From IMG/VR virus record IMGVR_UViG_3300017651_000184, positions 1-41,011 of that record: 41,011 nt of DNA. One strand, given 5' to 3'. Shown piece by piece: positions 24,979 to 34,009 of the stretch; within the stretch, counting starts at the first letter, position 1; every line of letters starts with the position of its first letter. The stretch comes from a virus (lineage: Duplodnaviria > Caudoviricetes). The notes under the pieces were generated by a model. That model was not told where the DNA came from, did no database searches, and worked only from the letters and a program-made list of their open reading frames with translations. The position numbers and the translations under genes are program-made.

Positions 24979-27432
24979 TTACGAGGCGGTGAGGCCCGTC
25001 CCCTTGGCGAACGCCTCGGGGTAGCGGATCGCGACGTCGACCATGGCGAAGACGATCACGCGGATCAGCCCGCGCCCGCCCCGGGTGAAGGGGTCCACCA
25101 GGATCTCCATGGCGCCCCACTCCCCGATGAGAACGTGCTCCCAGACGCCGAAGATGATGCCGTGCTCGTTCGACCCGGTGCCCAGGGTCTTCGAGAGCTG
25201 GTTGCTCGCCAGGGCCCGGTAGCCGTTCATCTCCCCGTTCTCGACGTTGCCCGTCCAGAGCGGCATGCCATTGGTCCCGTCGAAATACTGCGTGTTCTTC
25301 GCGGCCCCCCGGACGGTCGGCGTGGTCACGTAGCCCATCGCGCCGATGTCGGCGTCGTCCTCGGCGATGGCTGTCTCCATCGCGATCACCTTCGCCCGGC
25401 TGATGGCCCCGCCCATCGGCACGACGTTCACTCCCGAGGCGTTGTAGATGCCGGTGGGCTGGTTGTTCGCGCCGGTCCCGTGCAGCCCCGCGCGGTCGAT
25501 CCCGCGGGCGGTGATCGCCGAGAGGTCGCGGCGAACGAACTGCTCGACGTTGATGACCGACTGCGCGAGCAGGGTGCGGCTGAAGCTAGTGATGCTGCGC
25601 CCGTTCTTCGGGCTCATGTTCACCTGCCCGGTGTCGGCGTCGCTGTCGCCGCTGTCGTTCTCGGAACTCTCGGGCACCCACTCGAACGTCCCCGACCCGG
25701 TCTGCTTCGGGAAGCTCACGTTCCCCTGCAGCCCCGGCAGGAACGTGGCGCCCATGCGGTTGAGCACCATCCGGGTCCGGAGCATGTCGATGAAGGAGCC
25801 GGGCTCCGTGTAGACCAGCTCCTTCCCCGACGCCGACCCGGTCGTGGTGAGGGCGGCGCGGCGCTCGAGTTCCGTGTCTACCCCGGAGAACTCACGCGGG
25901 AGGGTTCCCAGGTTGGTGGGAACGAGAATCCCCTTGGAGGCCCCGCCCCGGCCGAGCTTCCGGTCGAGCTCCTGGTGGATCTCCATCTCGAACCCGGCCG
26001 CGGCCTCGTTGCGACCGGCCATGGCGTTGATGAGGCGGGTGAGCGAGTACCGCTTGTTCTCGGCGGGGGTGAGGTTGACCAGGGGCTGCGGGGACGGCAG
26101 CACGGCCGCCGGCTCGCCCTTCAGGCCCAGGATCCGGGCCCCCGCCGCGTTGACGGAGATCCCCTCCTCGATCCACGCGCCCGCCTTGTCGGCCATGCCG
26201 TGTGCCGCACACAGCGCCGAGATTCCCTGTGCGCGCTTCCGCTCAGCGGCGAGGGCGTCGACCCCCACCGCGACAACCCCCGCCGGGGCCGCCGTGTCCA
26301 CTCCGGACATGGTGTTCTCCTTGCCCTGGTCGAGGGCCGTAGGTACTTCGGGGGAGAGAAATGCCACCGGAGCGTCCCCGTCCGCTCCGGTGCTGGGATA
26401 GAACGTCACTGCCACGGCCGGTCCGTCGCTCTGAACGTCCACCGCGGCCACGACCACCGGGGCGACTCCGCCGAGAACGGCCGGCGCAGGGGGGGTACTC
26501 ACGATCTCCACCGCGGCGGCCGGGGTCGCGTCTGCCGCCGGGGCGGCCGGACGCTCGGCGCGGGCGGCCGCACTGCGGCGCTTCCTGGAGACGCCCAGCT
26601 CGGAAAGGACCTCGTCCAGAGTGGCGATGCGATGCGCTGCGCCGGCCGCCACCGCGCGCTTTGCGGTGAGTGCGCGGCCCTCGCCGAACCCGTTCCGGAC
26701 CGCCTCCTCCGGCACTCCCATGTTGCGGGAGACGGCGGCGACGAACTGGTCGTAGTAGTCGTTGATTTCCTCCTGGGCGTGCTCGCGAGCCTCGCGCGAG
26801 AGCGGCTCCAGGGGGCTCCCTTCGGCCTTGAACCTCCCGGCCTTGATGATCGTTGCGCTCCCGCCCTCGTTGGCGAGGAAGCGGGACCAGTCGATGTGGA
26901 CCGTGTAGACGCCGATGTTGGCCGACAGGCTCGACGGGCTCACCACCACCTCGTGCGCGCTGGAGCCGAGGTAGTACATGGCGCTGCATCCGAGGCCGGA
27001 GACGACCGTGGTGATACGCTTCTCCGACCGCGCATCGAAGATCTCCTTCGCCGCCTCATCCACGCCGCTCACCGTCCCCCCGGGAGAATCGGCGTCGATG
27101 ATGATGTGGCCGACCTCGGAGTCGTCCAGGGCGGCCCGGAACGAGGCCATGAAGTCGGAGAGGGAGGCGAACCCGCTGGACTTCTGCATCGAGGTCGCGC
27201 GCCGGGCGATGGTCCCGTAGAGCGGAATCACCGCCACCCCGGCCGGCGCGGCGGCCCCACGGCCGCGCCTGGCCTCCGCCTCGGCCACGACGGCCTGCAC
27301 ATCGTCCTCGGCCACCACTCCCCCGGCGGCGCGTAGCTCCAGGATGGCCAGGAACTGCTGGAGCTTCTCCGGGCGGATCGCCCAGTGCTCGCCCTCCATC
27401 GCGCGCAGGATCGCATCAACACGAGCCGGCAT
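24979..27432 (-). CDS. S49 prohead protease fused to scaffold and HK97-fold major capsid protein
   Basis: N-terminal DSPGG, SAMYYLGS, IGVY, AGRFK (S49); C-terminal capsid motifs (NQPTGI, IIFGVW, VDPFT, DVAIRYPEAF); internal RBS and ATG at 26310. Confidence 0.9.
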   Translation of the reverse strand: MPARVDAILRAMEGEHWAIRPEKLQQFLAILELRAAGGVVAEDDVQAVVAEAEARRGRGAAAPAGVAVIPLYGTIARRATSMQKSSGFASLSDFMASFRAALDDSEVGHIIIDADSPGGTVSGVDEAAKEIFDARSEKRITTVVSGLGCSAMYYLGSSAHEVVVSPSSLSANIGVYTVHIDWSRFLANEGGSATIIKAGRFKAEGSPLEPLSREAREHAQEEINDYYDQFVAAVSRNMGVPEEAVRNGFGEGRALTAKRAVAAGAAHRIATLDEVLSELGVSRKRRSAAARAERPAAPAADATPAAAVEIVSTPPAPAVLGGVAPVVVAAVDVQSDGPAVAVTFYPSTGADGDAPVAFLSPEVPTALDQGKENTMSGVDTAAPAGVVAVGVDALAAERKRAQGISALCAAHGMADKAGAWIEEGISVNAAGARILGLKGEPAAVLPSPQPLVNLTPAENKRYSLTRLINAMAGRNEAAAGFEMEIHQELDRKLGRGGASKGILVPTNLGTLPREFSGVDTELERRAALTTTGSASGKELVYTEPGSFIDMLRTRMVLNRMGATFLPGLQGNVSFPKQTGSGTFEWVPESSENDSGDSDADTGQVNMSPKNGRSITSFSRTLLAQSVINVEQFVRRDLSAITARGIDRAGLHGTGANNQPTGIYNASGVNVVPMGGAISRAKVIAMETAIAEDDADIGAMGYVTTPTVRGAAKNTQYFDGTNGMPLWTGNVENGEMNGYRALASNQLSKTLGTGSNEHGIIFGVWEHVLIGEWGAMEILVDPFTRGGRGLIRVIVFAMVDVAIRYPEAFAKGTGLTAS

Positions 27433-27447
27433 CGGTCCTCCTCGGGT

Positions 27448-28974
27448 TCAGGCGCCCTGCGCCAGTCGGAGCGCGCGGCCTTCCTGCTCTTCGCCGGAGC
27501 CGCCATCGCTTTCGGTGTCGTGGTAGACCACGACGAGCTTGCCGCCTTCGGTCCGGATCTCGACACCGTACTCTTCCATCAGCGCCCGTTCTCTCGCCCG
27601 GTCGATCAGCACGTCCTCGAAGTCGTAGCCCAGGTCGGCGCAGATCATGGAGAGGCTCGTGACGCCGATCTCCAGCTCGCCGCGCCGAGCGAGGATGTCC
27701 TTCAACGGGTCCACCCAGGGCCAGCGGCGCCCTCGGTGGCGCGCCTCCATCCACTCCGCGGGGTTGTAGGAGGGGAGACGGATCGCCCCGGCCGTGAGCG
27801 CGTAGGTGAGCCAGCGCCGGTAGACCCGCCGGTGGAAGCGCCGGATCATCCACCCCTGGAGGAGCTTCCAGACGTCTCGCTCCTTCAGCTCCCCCTGCCG
27901 GATGCTGGAGAACGAAACCCCCTCCAGGTCGCCGGCCAGCGTGTTGTAGTAGGTGCGGATCCCACTGGCGACGCTGCGCAGGATGGCCTTGTCGAACTGC
28001 GGGAACGCGGACGTCGGGTGCTGGGGGTCCCAAGCCTCGAAGCGCCACCCGGGGGGGAGGCGCTCCAGCCGCCCGGGGTCGGCCTGCATGCGAGCCGGCT
28101 CCTTGGCGCCCGGGGTGACGGCAACGTGGTCGCCCTCCTGGACGAAGAAGCCCATTTTCGCCGCCGCGGTGCGTGCGGCGATCAGCTCGGCCTCGCGGTA
28201 GCCCCGGAGCATCCGAGCGTCCAGCAGGACCGGTGTGAACCAGGGGAGCCCACGCCCCGCGCCCGGTCGGCCCGGGATATAGAGGTGGACGATGTCCTCC
28301 GCCGGGACCGGCACCCGGCGGGTCCTGCGCCGCCCACCCTGGTAGTCGTATGGGTGGTCGCTCCAGACGTGGTAGACCTTCGGCCGCCCCCACCGGTCCT
28401 GAGTGATCCCCATGCGGGTGGAGTCCTCGCCGTCGCCGCCGGCCCCGTCGTCGTACGTTTCGTCGAGCTGATCCGCATCCAGCACCTGGAGGGCGAAGCC
28501 GAAGCGGTTCCGGAAGCCGGGAAGCATCCGGACCAGAACCTCGCCGTCCTGGGGCACCGTGCGCGCACAGAGCTGTTCGATCTCCTCCCGGCAGAGCATC
28601 CCGTCCGCCGAGGCGTGCTCCGCCTCGCTCCACTCCCTCCACCCCCGCTCAAGCTCGGTGTTGGCCTCGCGGTTCAGCTTCCCGGCCTGCTCCCCCACCC
28701 TCGCCTGCGTCAGGATGCCGTCCGCCCCGACGATGTTCTCTTCGCAGAGGCCGGTGAAGCGCGCGAAATGGGAGTTGTTCCCGACCATCTCGCGGGAGCG
28801 GTTCCGCAGCGTGCGCATCCCTTGACGAACCGCGGAGTCGGCGCTCTGCGTGCTGGTGAGCCAGTCGGCGGTGAGCCGCGACTGCTGCGCGCCGGCAAAT
28901 GCAAAGGCGGAGGGGTGCCCTCCGTCCTCGCGCTCCAGGCGCAACTGCGCGGCGGCCGCGAACGGGTTACCCAC
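27448..28974 (-). CDS. portal protein, lambda family
   Basis: LRNRSREMVGNN, DGEVLVR, RGLPW, FSSIRQG, WVDPLKD. Confidence 0.92.
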   Translation of the reverse strand: MGNPFAAAAQLRLEREDGGHPSAFAFAGAQQSRLTADWLTSTQSADSAVRQGMRTLRNRSREMVGNNSHFARFTGLCEENIVGADGILTQARVGEQAGKLNREANTELERGWREWSEAEHASADGMLCREEIEQLCARTVPQDGEVLVRMLPGFRNRFGFALQVLDADQLDETYDDGAGGDGEDSTRMGITQDRWGRPKVYHVWSDHPYDYQGGRRRTRRVPVPAEDIVHLYIPGRPGAGRGLPWFTPVLLDARMLRGYREAELIAARTAAAKMGFFVQEGDHVAVTPGAKEPARMQADPGRLERLPPGWRFEAWDPQHPTSAFPQFDKAILRSVASGIRTYYNTLAGDLEGVSFSSIRQGELKERDVWKLLQGWMIRRFHRRVYRRWLTYALTAGAIRLPSYNPAEWMEARHRGRRWPWVDPLKDILARRGELEIGVTSLSMICADLGYDFEDVLIDRARERALMEEYGVEIRTEGGKLVVVYHDTESDGGSGEEQEGRALRLAQGA

Positions 28975-29287
28975 GCCGCGCGCCCCGCTTGCTCAGCAGG
29001 TAAAGCCCTTCGCGGGCGATGGTCCCCAGGAAGCCGAAGCCGAAGAGGGCGAGGAGGAGGAGGCCCGCCGAGATCGGCCAGACCTGCCACACCAGGAGCG
29101 AGGCGACTCCCCAGGTGAGGAGCGCCCATCCGCTCAGCAGAGCAATCGCTGCCAGCAGCTCGGGGAAGGCCTGCGCGAGCGCGTACCGGACACCCTGCAC
29201 GCGCCGCCGCACCGCCGTCCGGGCCGAGCGAAACCGCTCGCCGAGGCGTCCCGGTAGGGCTCGCAGTCGCTCAGTACGGCTGGACAA
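28967..29287 (-). CDS. small membrane protein preceding the portal
   Basis: Two TM segments; overlaps both neighbours. Confidence 0.55.
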   Translation of the reverse strand: MSSRTERLRALPGRLGERFRSARTAVRRRVQGVRYALAQAFPELLAAIALLSGWALLTWGVASLLVWQVWPISAGLLLLALFGFGFLGTIAREGLYLLSKRGARRG

Positions 29288-29825
29288 ACTCCACCTCGAC
29301 AGAGGAGAAGAAGCCCTGCGCGCCGCCCTGCTCCTGCCGCACCAGGTCCTCGTACCGGGCCTTCAGCTTCCAAAGCTCCGGAATCGGGATCCGGCGGACC
29401 TGCTTCCCGTCGATCTGGAACTCCTCCACGTCCTTGGAGAGTCGCCCCTCGAGCTTCGCGTTGATGGCTTCGAGCGCACGCTCGGCGTGGCTGCGGCCGT
29501 CGGTGAGCGCGAGGAAGTCCGGCTCGATCGTGACCCGGCCCTCGCCCAGGCGCACCCGGGCGAGGCCACGTTCGGCGTAGCGGATCCAGCGGTAGGAGCC
29601 TGCGGGGAGCGCAGCGGAGGCGGAGGCGGGGACGCGGATCTCGTGCGTGGTACCGGAGTCAGTGGCAGTGAGGTCGAGCGAGCCAGGGCCCCGCAGGGCG
29701 TACTTGAGCACCCACCCGTCCCGCGGGGCGTGGGCCGGGTCCTCGATGTCCCACGCCCAGTCGAAACCGGCGGTCAGGCTCGCGGGTTCGGTACCGTCCA
29801 GTCGAGTAAAGACGCGCTCGCGCAT
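29271..29825 (-). CDS. head completion protein (gpW-like C-terminus with N-terminal beta domain)
   Basis: RSHAERALEAINAKLEGR...FQIDGKQVRRIPIPELWKLKARY. Confidence 0.75.
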   Translation of the reverse strand: MRERVFTRLDGTEPASLTAGFDWAWDIEDPAHAPRDGWVLKYALRGPGSLDLTATDSGTTHEIRVPASASAALPAGSYRWIRYAERGLARVRLGEGRVTIEPDFLALTDGRSHAERALEAINAKLEGRLSKDVEEFQIDGKQVRRIPIPELWKLKARYEDLVRQEQGGAQGFFSSVEVEFVQPY

Positions 29826-29847
29826 GGGAAGCTGGAGGGGTAGATAA

Positions 29848-29895
29848 CAGAAAAGGGCCCGCACCGGCTGTCGCCGTGGTGCGGGCCCTTTTCTG
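29848..29895 (-). terminator. intrinsic terminator with bulged CGGC-GACA-GCCG apex
   Basis: 18-bp perfect arms CAGAAAAGGGCCCGCACC / GGTGCGGGCCCTTTTCTG with T-tracts on both strands. Confidence 0.8.
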
Positions 29896-29967
29896 GACCT
29901 CAGATCCGGGGGCGGCCTGGGGCCGCTGTTGTGCTACGTCGACGCGAAGGCGCCGGTTGTTGCGTGG

Positions 29968-29996
29968 AAGCTACGGGCGACGGCCCCCAGCGTCAA
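29968..29996 (-). promoter_or_regulatory. sigma70-type promoter
   Basis: TTGACG-17 bp-TAGCTT, about 70 nt upstream of the terminator. Confidence 0.6.
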
Positions 29997-30685
29997 GGAT
30001 TCTGCGACCCCCCACCCCCGGCCGGCATTTCCGCGACGAGCCGCTCGCTTTCCAGCTCCAACTCAATCCAGTGGACCGTGAGATCGACGAGGCGCTTCAG
30101 GTGGTTGACGTCCTTATCGCCCCATGTCCGGATGTAGTGCGTCTCGTCATTGCCCAGCCAGATGGCCCGCTCGGCCACCGCTTTAACCCGTGGGTCCGGG
30201 ATGTAGTCCTTGATGCACCGGCCAAGTGCCTTTGCCTTGATCATCTCGGCATCGTCGGGGTTCCGCGCGATGGCGTAGTCCTTTACCAGAAACTCCAGCG
30301 CCTTTCGGTGACCCATTCCGACGAGCTGGGAGAGCCCGTTCGCCTCCGCGGCAAGCGCTTCGTTGTAGACGCTGATGAACTGCGGCGAAAGATCTCCGAT
30401 GGTCTGGGAGAAAGTCCGCGCACGCGGAACGCGAGGGTACACACCGAGCGGCCTGTGCATCATGGCGTCCATGCTGTAGATCCACCTCCCCACAAATACC
30501 CCCTGACACTGCCGATTCGTGCACTGGTACGCCGCGAAAAAGTCGCCAAACTCGTCGTTGATGGTGGCGGACCCGATCATCTTCGGAACGACACTCGTGC
30601 CGCAGAGCGGACACTCCGCGGGATCGCTTTCGTACTTCACCGCACACTGGCTTCCAACCAGATTCCTTACATCGATACGCGGCAT
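29993..30685 (-). CDS. DUF4145 (HEPN-like) protein, moron
   Basis: CPLC...YQCTNRQC, YNEA...GMGHRKALEFLVKD, WLGNDETH; GGAGG RBS; lower GC; inserted between terL and the gpW-like gene. Confidence 0.8.
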   Translation of the reverse strand: MPRIDVRNLVGSQCAVKYESDPAECPLCGTSVVPKMIGSATINDEFGDFFAAYQCTNRQCQGVFVGRWIYSMDAMMHRPLGVYPRVPRARTFSQTIGDLSPQFISVYNEALAAEANGLSQLVGMGHRKALEFLVKDYAIARNPDDAEMIKAKALGRCIKDYIPDPRVKAVAERAIWLGNDETHYIRTWGDKDVNHLKRLVDLTVHWIELELESERLVAEMPAGGGGSQNP

Positions 30686-30783
30686 AAAATGACCTCCAGG
30701 GCCCGAGTCGATTGATGGCGTTCCCAACGGAGTTCGGAATTTATTTGGATACTGATGGGATCGCCAAGTGAGCTGTGCAGGCG

Positions 30784-32730
30784 TCACCAATTCATCACGA
30801 ATCCCGCCGGCTCAACCGGGTCCTCATCCTGCTCTGCGGTCACTGCCGGTCGGGGTCGCCCTGCAGCCGCCCTCGCCCTCGCGCCCTCCTTCCGCACCTC
30901 CTCCAGCCAGTAGGGCAGGTTCTCCGTGTACGCCGGGCCCAGGAAGAGGAAGGCCGCGTAGTTCATGTAGGTGAGGTCGATCGCCTCGTTGCGCTCGGCC
31001 ACCTGCTTGTAGACACGCTCCATCCGGCCATGGCCATTCCGCTCCTGCACGACGCGCTCGGCCGCGAACTGCTCGAAGAAGTTGGCGTCCATCCCGTCCA
31101 CCACGCTCCGTGGCTGGCAGAAGTGGATGTACTTCGGCCCCGGGTGCTGGCGCTGCAGGCGGGGGAGGATGCCGTCCTTCAGGCTCCAACTCGCGAGCGA
31201 GACCGGCCGCACCCCGTGCTTGTTGCGCCTCTTCGGCTGGGTGAAGACCTCCTTCGCCCGCGAGTCCATGCCGCGGACTGCGAAGACGCCGCGCCCCTCG
31301 CGCAGTCGCACGAAGGGGTAGACAGCCTCCGGGCCCTTGTACTGGGCGTCGATGAAGGCGTGCCGAATGTGGAGGGTGGCACCGCTCTCGTGCTGGTACC
31401 CGCGGGTGAGCACCGCTTCCAACTGCGCCCACACCTCCGGCAGTTCCGGGTCCCCGTGTAGGCGCTGGTGGGTGATGAACCAGGCCTCTTCCCCTACTCC
31501 CCAGCCGACGACCGCCGCCTCGAGCCGGTTCTTCTGCACGTCCACCGCCGCGGTGAGCACGGCCACACCGGCGGGCACCTCGGCCGGATACTCCGCCAGG
31601 CGGCTCCGCAGGTCGGAGGGGTCCAGCGTCTCGGACGGCTCCTTCCAGAGTTCGCCCAGCTTCAGGTTCACGAACGCCTTCAGCTTCTCGTGATCACCCT
31701 GGGCGTCGAGCCACTCCTCGGCCAGGTCCTGCAGGCGCACGAAGTGGCTGTACGCCGCCCAGCAGTGGAAGGAGGCGATCCCCCGGAAAGGTTTCTCGGC
31801 GCGCCACTCCCCCTTCGCCTCAGCGGCCCAGCGCTGCGCATCGTTCCAGCACGTCCCGCAGTGCTCGCAGACGTAGCAGGCCGTCTCCGGGTAGTGCCGG
31901 ACCACCCGCGTGCCGCCGCCCTCCACCTCCTCGACGTCCTGCTCCCACTGGACCTGCTTCCACTTCAGGACCTGGAACTCCCCGCAGTCGGGGCAGGGCA
32001 CCCAGCGGCGACGCTTGTCGCCCGATTCGTACTCCTGGGCGATGCGGGACTCGCCTTCGTTGGTCCCCGTAGAGGCGATGAAGATCTTGGCGCGCCGGAC
32101 GTTCTGCGTGCGCTGCTTCGCCTGCGCGATCGCGTCGCCCTGTCCGTCCACGTCGCGCTTGTACTTGTCGACCTCGTCGAGGAAGAGGTAGGCGATCGGC
32201 ATGGAGGCGAGTTCGGTCGCAGAGCCCGCCCATCCCACGAACAGGATCCCGCCCAGGAACTCCACCAGGAAGAGGGAGTTTCCGCCCTCTCTTCCTCCGC
32301 CACTCGCCACCTTCTCGCGAAGTGTCGCGGTGGACTGGATCATCGGGCGGAGCCGCTGCCGACTCCACTTCCGGGCGTCGCTCTCCGAGGGTCGCACCAC
32401 CAGCATCGACGCCGGCGCGACATCCATGGCCCAGCCGACGAAGTTGTTGCCGACCTCGGTCTTCGCGACCTGGGAGGAGGCCCACCAGACGACGGTACGC
32501 GCGGGGTGATCGGGGGAGAGACATTCCTGGATCTCCACCGCGTACGGTGCACGCGAGTTCCGCCACGGCCCCGGGCACCCCGGCGACTCCTTTCGGGAGA
32601 GGGTCCGACGCTGCTCCGCCCACTCGTGGACCAAGAGGTCCTCGTCGGGTGCCCACGCGTCGCCCACTGCTTGGAGGAGGTCGGAGACGTCGCAGAGGTC
32701 GATCTCGGCCGGGTCCGCGAACGCGATCAC
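30784..32730 (-). CDS. terminase large subunit, lambda GpA family
   Basis: SSQVAKTE Walker A, LFLDEVD Walker B, CPDC/CEHC, AAVDVQ, RNEAID. Confidence 0.95.
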   Translation of the reverse strand: MIAFADPAEIDLCDVSDLLQAVGDAWAPDEDLLVHEWAEQRRTLSRKESPGCPGPWRNSRAPYAVEIQECLSPDHPARTVVWWASSQVAKTEVGNNFVGWAMDVAPASMLVVRPSESDARKWSRQRLRPMIQSTATLREKVASGGGREGGNSLFLVEFLGGILFVGWAGSATELASMPIAYLFLDEVDKYKRDVDGQGDAIAQAKQRTQNVRRAKIFIASTGTNEGESRIAQEYESGDKRRRWVPCPDCGEFQVLKWKQVQWEQDVEEVEGGGTRVVRHYPETACYVCEHCGTCWNDAQRWAAEAKGEWRAEKPFRGIASFHCWAAYSHFVRLQDLAEEWLDAQGDHEKLKAFVNLKLGELWKEPSETLDPSDLRSRLAEYPAEVPAGVAVLTAAVDVQKNRLEAAVVGWGVGEEAWFITHQRLHGDPELPEVWAQLEAVLTRGYQHESGATLHIRHAFIDAQYKGPEAVYPFVRLREGRGVFAVRGMDSRAKEVFTQPKRRNKHGVRPVSLASWSLKDGILPRLQRQHPGPKYIHFCQPRSVVDGMDANFFEQFAAERVVQERNGHGRMERVYKQVAERNEAIDLTYMNYAAFLFLGPAYTENLPYWLEEVRKEGARARAAAGRPRPAVTAEQDEDPVEPAGFVMNW

Positions 32731-33347
32731 TCCGCCACCTCGTCACCGGCCATCGCCGCGGCTACCGCGGAGGCGAGTCCCGGGACGTCCCGGGCGAGCG
32801 CCTCACGAATCCGGCGAGTCTCGGCCCGGATGAGGGCGTGCACCCTCCGTGGATCGGTCTCGGCGGCACATTCGTCCGAGATCCGGTCCGCCAGATTGTC
32901 GAGCTGGTCGCCCGCTTCCTTGGTCGCCGTGGCCCAGGCGAACTTCACCGCCTCCCGGTCCACGGCCCTGCCAGCCCTCTTCAGGTAGTCGAGCCTGTGC
33001 TTCTTGGCGAGGTACACCTCCTTCTGTCGCAGCGCCTCGGCCTTGGAGATCCCGTCGCCCTCCGACTCCGCCGGCGCTCCGGGGGGAGGGGAACTTGAGC
33101 GGTTCCCCCGGTTCCCCTCGGCCGGCTTTCCGGTTTCCCCCTGCGTGGGTGGCGACGGCACCGCCTCACCGGAGCGCTCCGCCTCCCACAGTGCGTGCAG
33201 TCGGTCCGCGTCGAACGACCCGTCCTCCGCTTGAGGAACCCCGTGGCGTTGGAGCGCCTTTCGCACGGCGGCGGGTGAGCCTCCGGGGAGGCCCTCCGCG
33301 GTGCGGACACGAGCGTAGGGTTTGACGCCGAGACGGCCGAGCGGCAT
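32727..33347 (-). CDS. terminase small subunit (Nu1-like)
   Basis: Adjacent to terL; EVYLAKKHRLDY...G..VDREAV and LADRI...AAETD helical motifs. Confidence 0.8.
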   Translation of the reverse strand: MPLGRLGVKPYARVRTAEGLPGGSPAAVRKALQRHGVPQAEDGSFDADRLHALWEAERSGEAVPSPPTQGETGKPAEGNRGNRSSSPPPGAPAESEGDGISKAEALRQKEVYLAKKHRLDYLKRAGRAVDREAVKFAWATATKEAGDQLDNLADRISDECAAETDPRRVHALIRAETRRIREALARDVPGLASAVAAAMAGDEVAE

Positions 33348-33404
33348 GGACGATCCGGATGGGCGAAGAGAAGGGGAACCAGGTTTCAGGGGTCCACATG
33401 GCAG

Positions 33405-33453
33405 ACACGTCGGGGTCGTGCGATACCCGCGGCGCTTCGTTCCGGAAGGACCC
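33405..33453 (-). other. putative cos packaging site (cosQ/cosN-like)
   Basis: Minus strand GGGTCCT (identical to lambda cosQ) at 33453-33447, followed by CGGGTATCGCACGACCCCG, just upstream of terS. Confidence 0.55.
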
Positions 33454-33501
33454 GCCCGCCCAAAGTGGACAGGGTGGCGGGGGTGCCCGCGATGGGCCGC
33501 C

Positions 33502-33879
33502 TCACGGGCGATCCTCCGCCGGGGCAGCGCGCCTGCGACGCCGGCCCGGCCCCGTGGGCGCCGTGTGGGAAGCTGTGCGAGGCGCCGCTCCCGCTGCGAT
33601 GCTCTCCGCAGTCGCGTCCGGCGGCCAGACGATCTCGAACTCCGTGAGGAGGCCGCACACGGAGCAGCGCGGAGCGTAGAAGACCCGCCCTTCGCGGTAG
33701 TCCACGTGGACGTCGCTCACCAAGATCCGCCCGGTCTCCACCAGGCGCGCCCCGTGGATCGTTCCCAGGTACTGGCCGCAGGTGCGGGCGTAGCGCTCCC
33801 CCCGCTCCCGGTCCTCCAGCTTCTTCGCTCCGCAGTACAGCACGGACTTCACTCGTCCACCCGTCGGTTCGGCCAGCAT
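33502..33879 (-). CDS. Com-like zinc-ribbon protein
   Basis: YC-x17-CGQYLG...PRCSVCG..TEF resembles Mu Com (CxxCxxLL...CPRCG); start at 33879 or 33852. Confidence 0.55.
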   Translation of the reverse strand: MLAEPTGGRVKSVLYCGAKKLEDRERGERYARTCGQYLGTIHGARLVETGRILVSDVHVDYREGRVFYAPRCSVCGLLTEFEIVWPPDATAESIAAGAAPRTASHTAPTGPGRRRRRAAPAEDRP

Positions 33880-33895
33880 GAGTCTCTTGGGTACG

Positions 33896-33935
33896 AAAAG
33901 GGCTCTCCCCGCCTGTCGGCGTTGGGGAGAGCCCT
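33896..33935 (-). terminator. intrinsic terminator with bulged CGCC-GACA-GGCG apex
   Basis: Minus strand AGGGCTCTCCC-CAA-CGCC-GACA-GGCG-GGGAGAGCCCT-TTT. Confidence 0.75.
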
Positions 33936-34009
33936 CCGGGGAGCTTCGGTCCGTGCGTGTGCCCGCATGGACGGTGCTGCCGCCGGAGGGCATCTGTCAA
34001 GCCAGCCGA

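Noticed and set aside
24970-27336. Long alternative-frame ORFs (e.g. 24970-27336 +, 15622-18501 -, 27385-29118 +, 4197-5846 -)
   Set aside because: Arg/Pro/Gly-rich shadows of real genes, expected in high-GC DNA.
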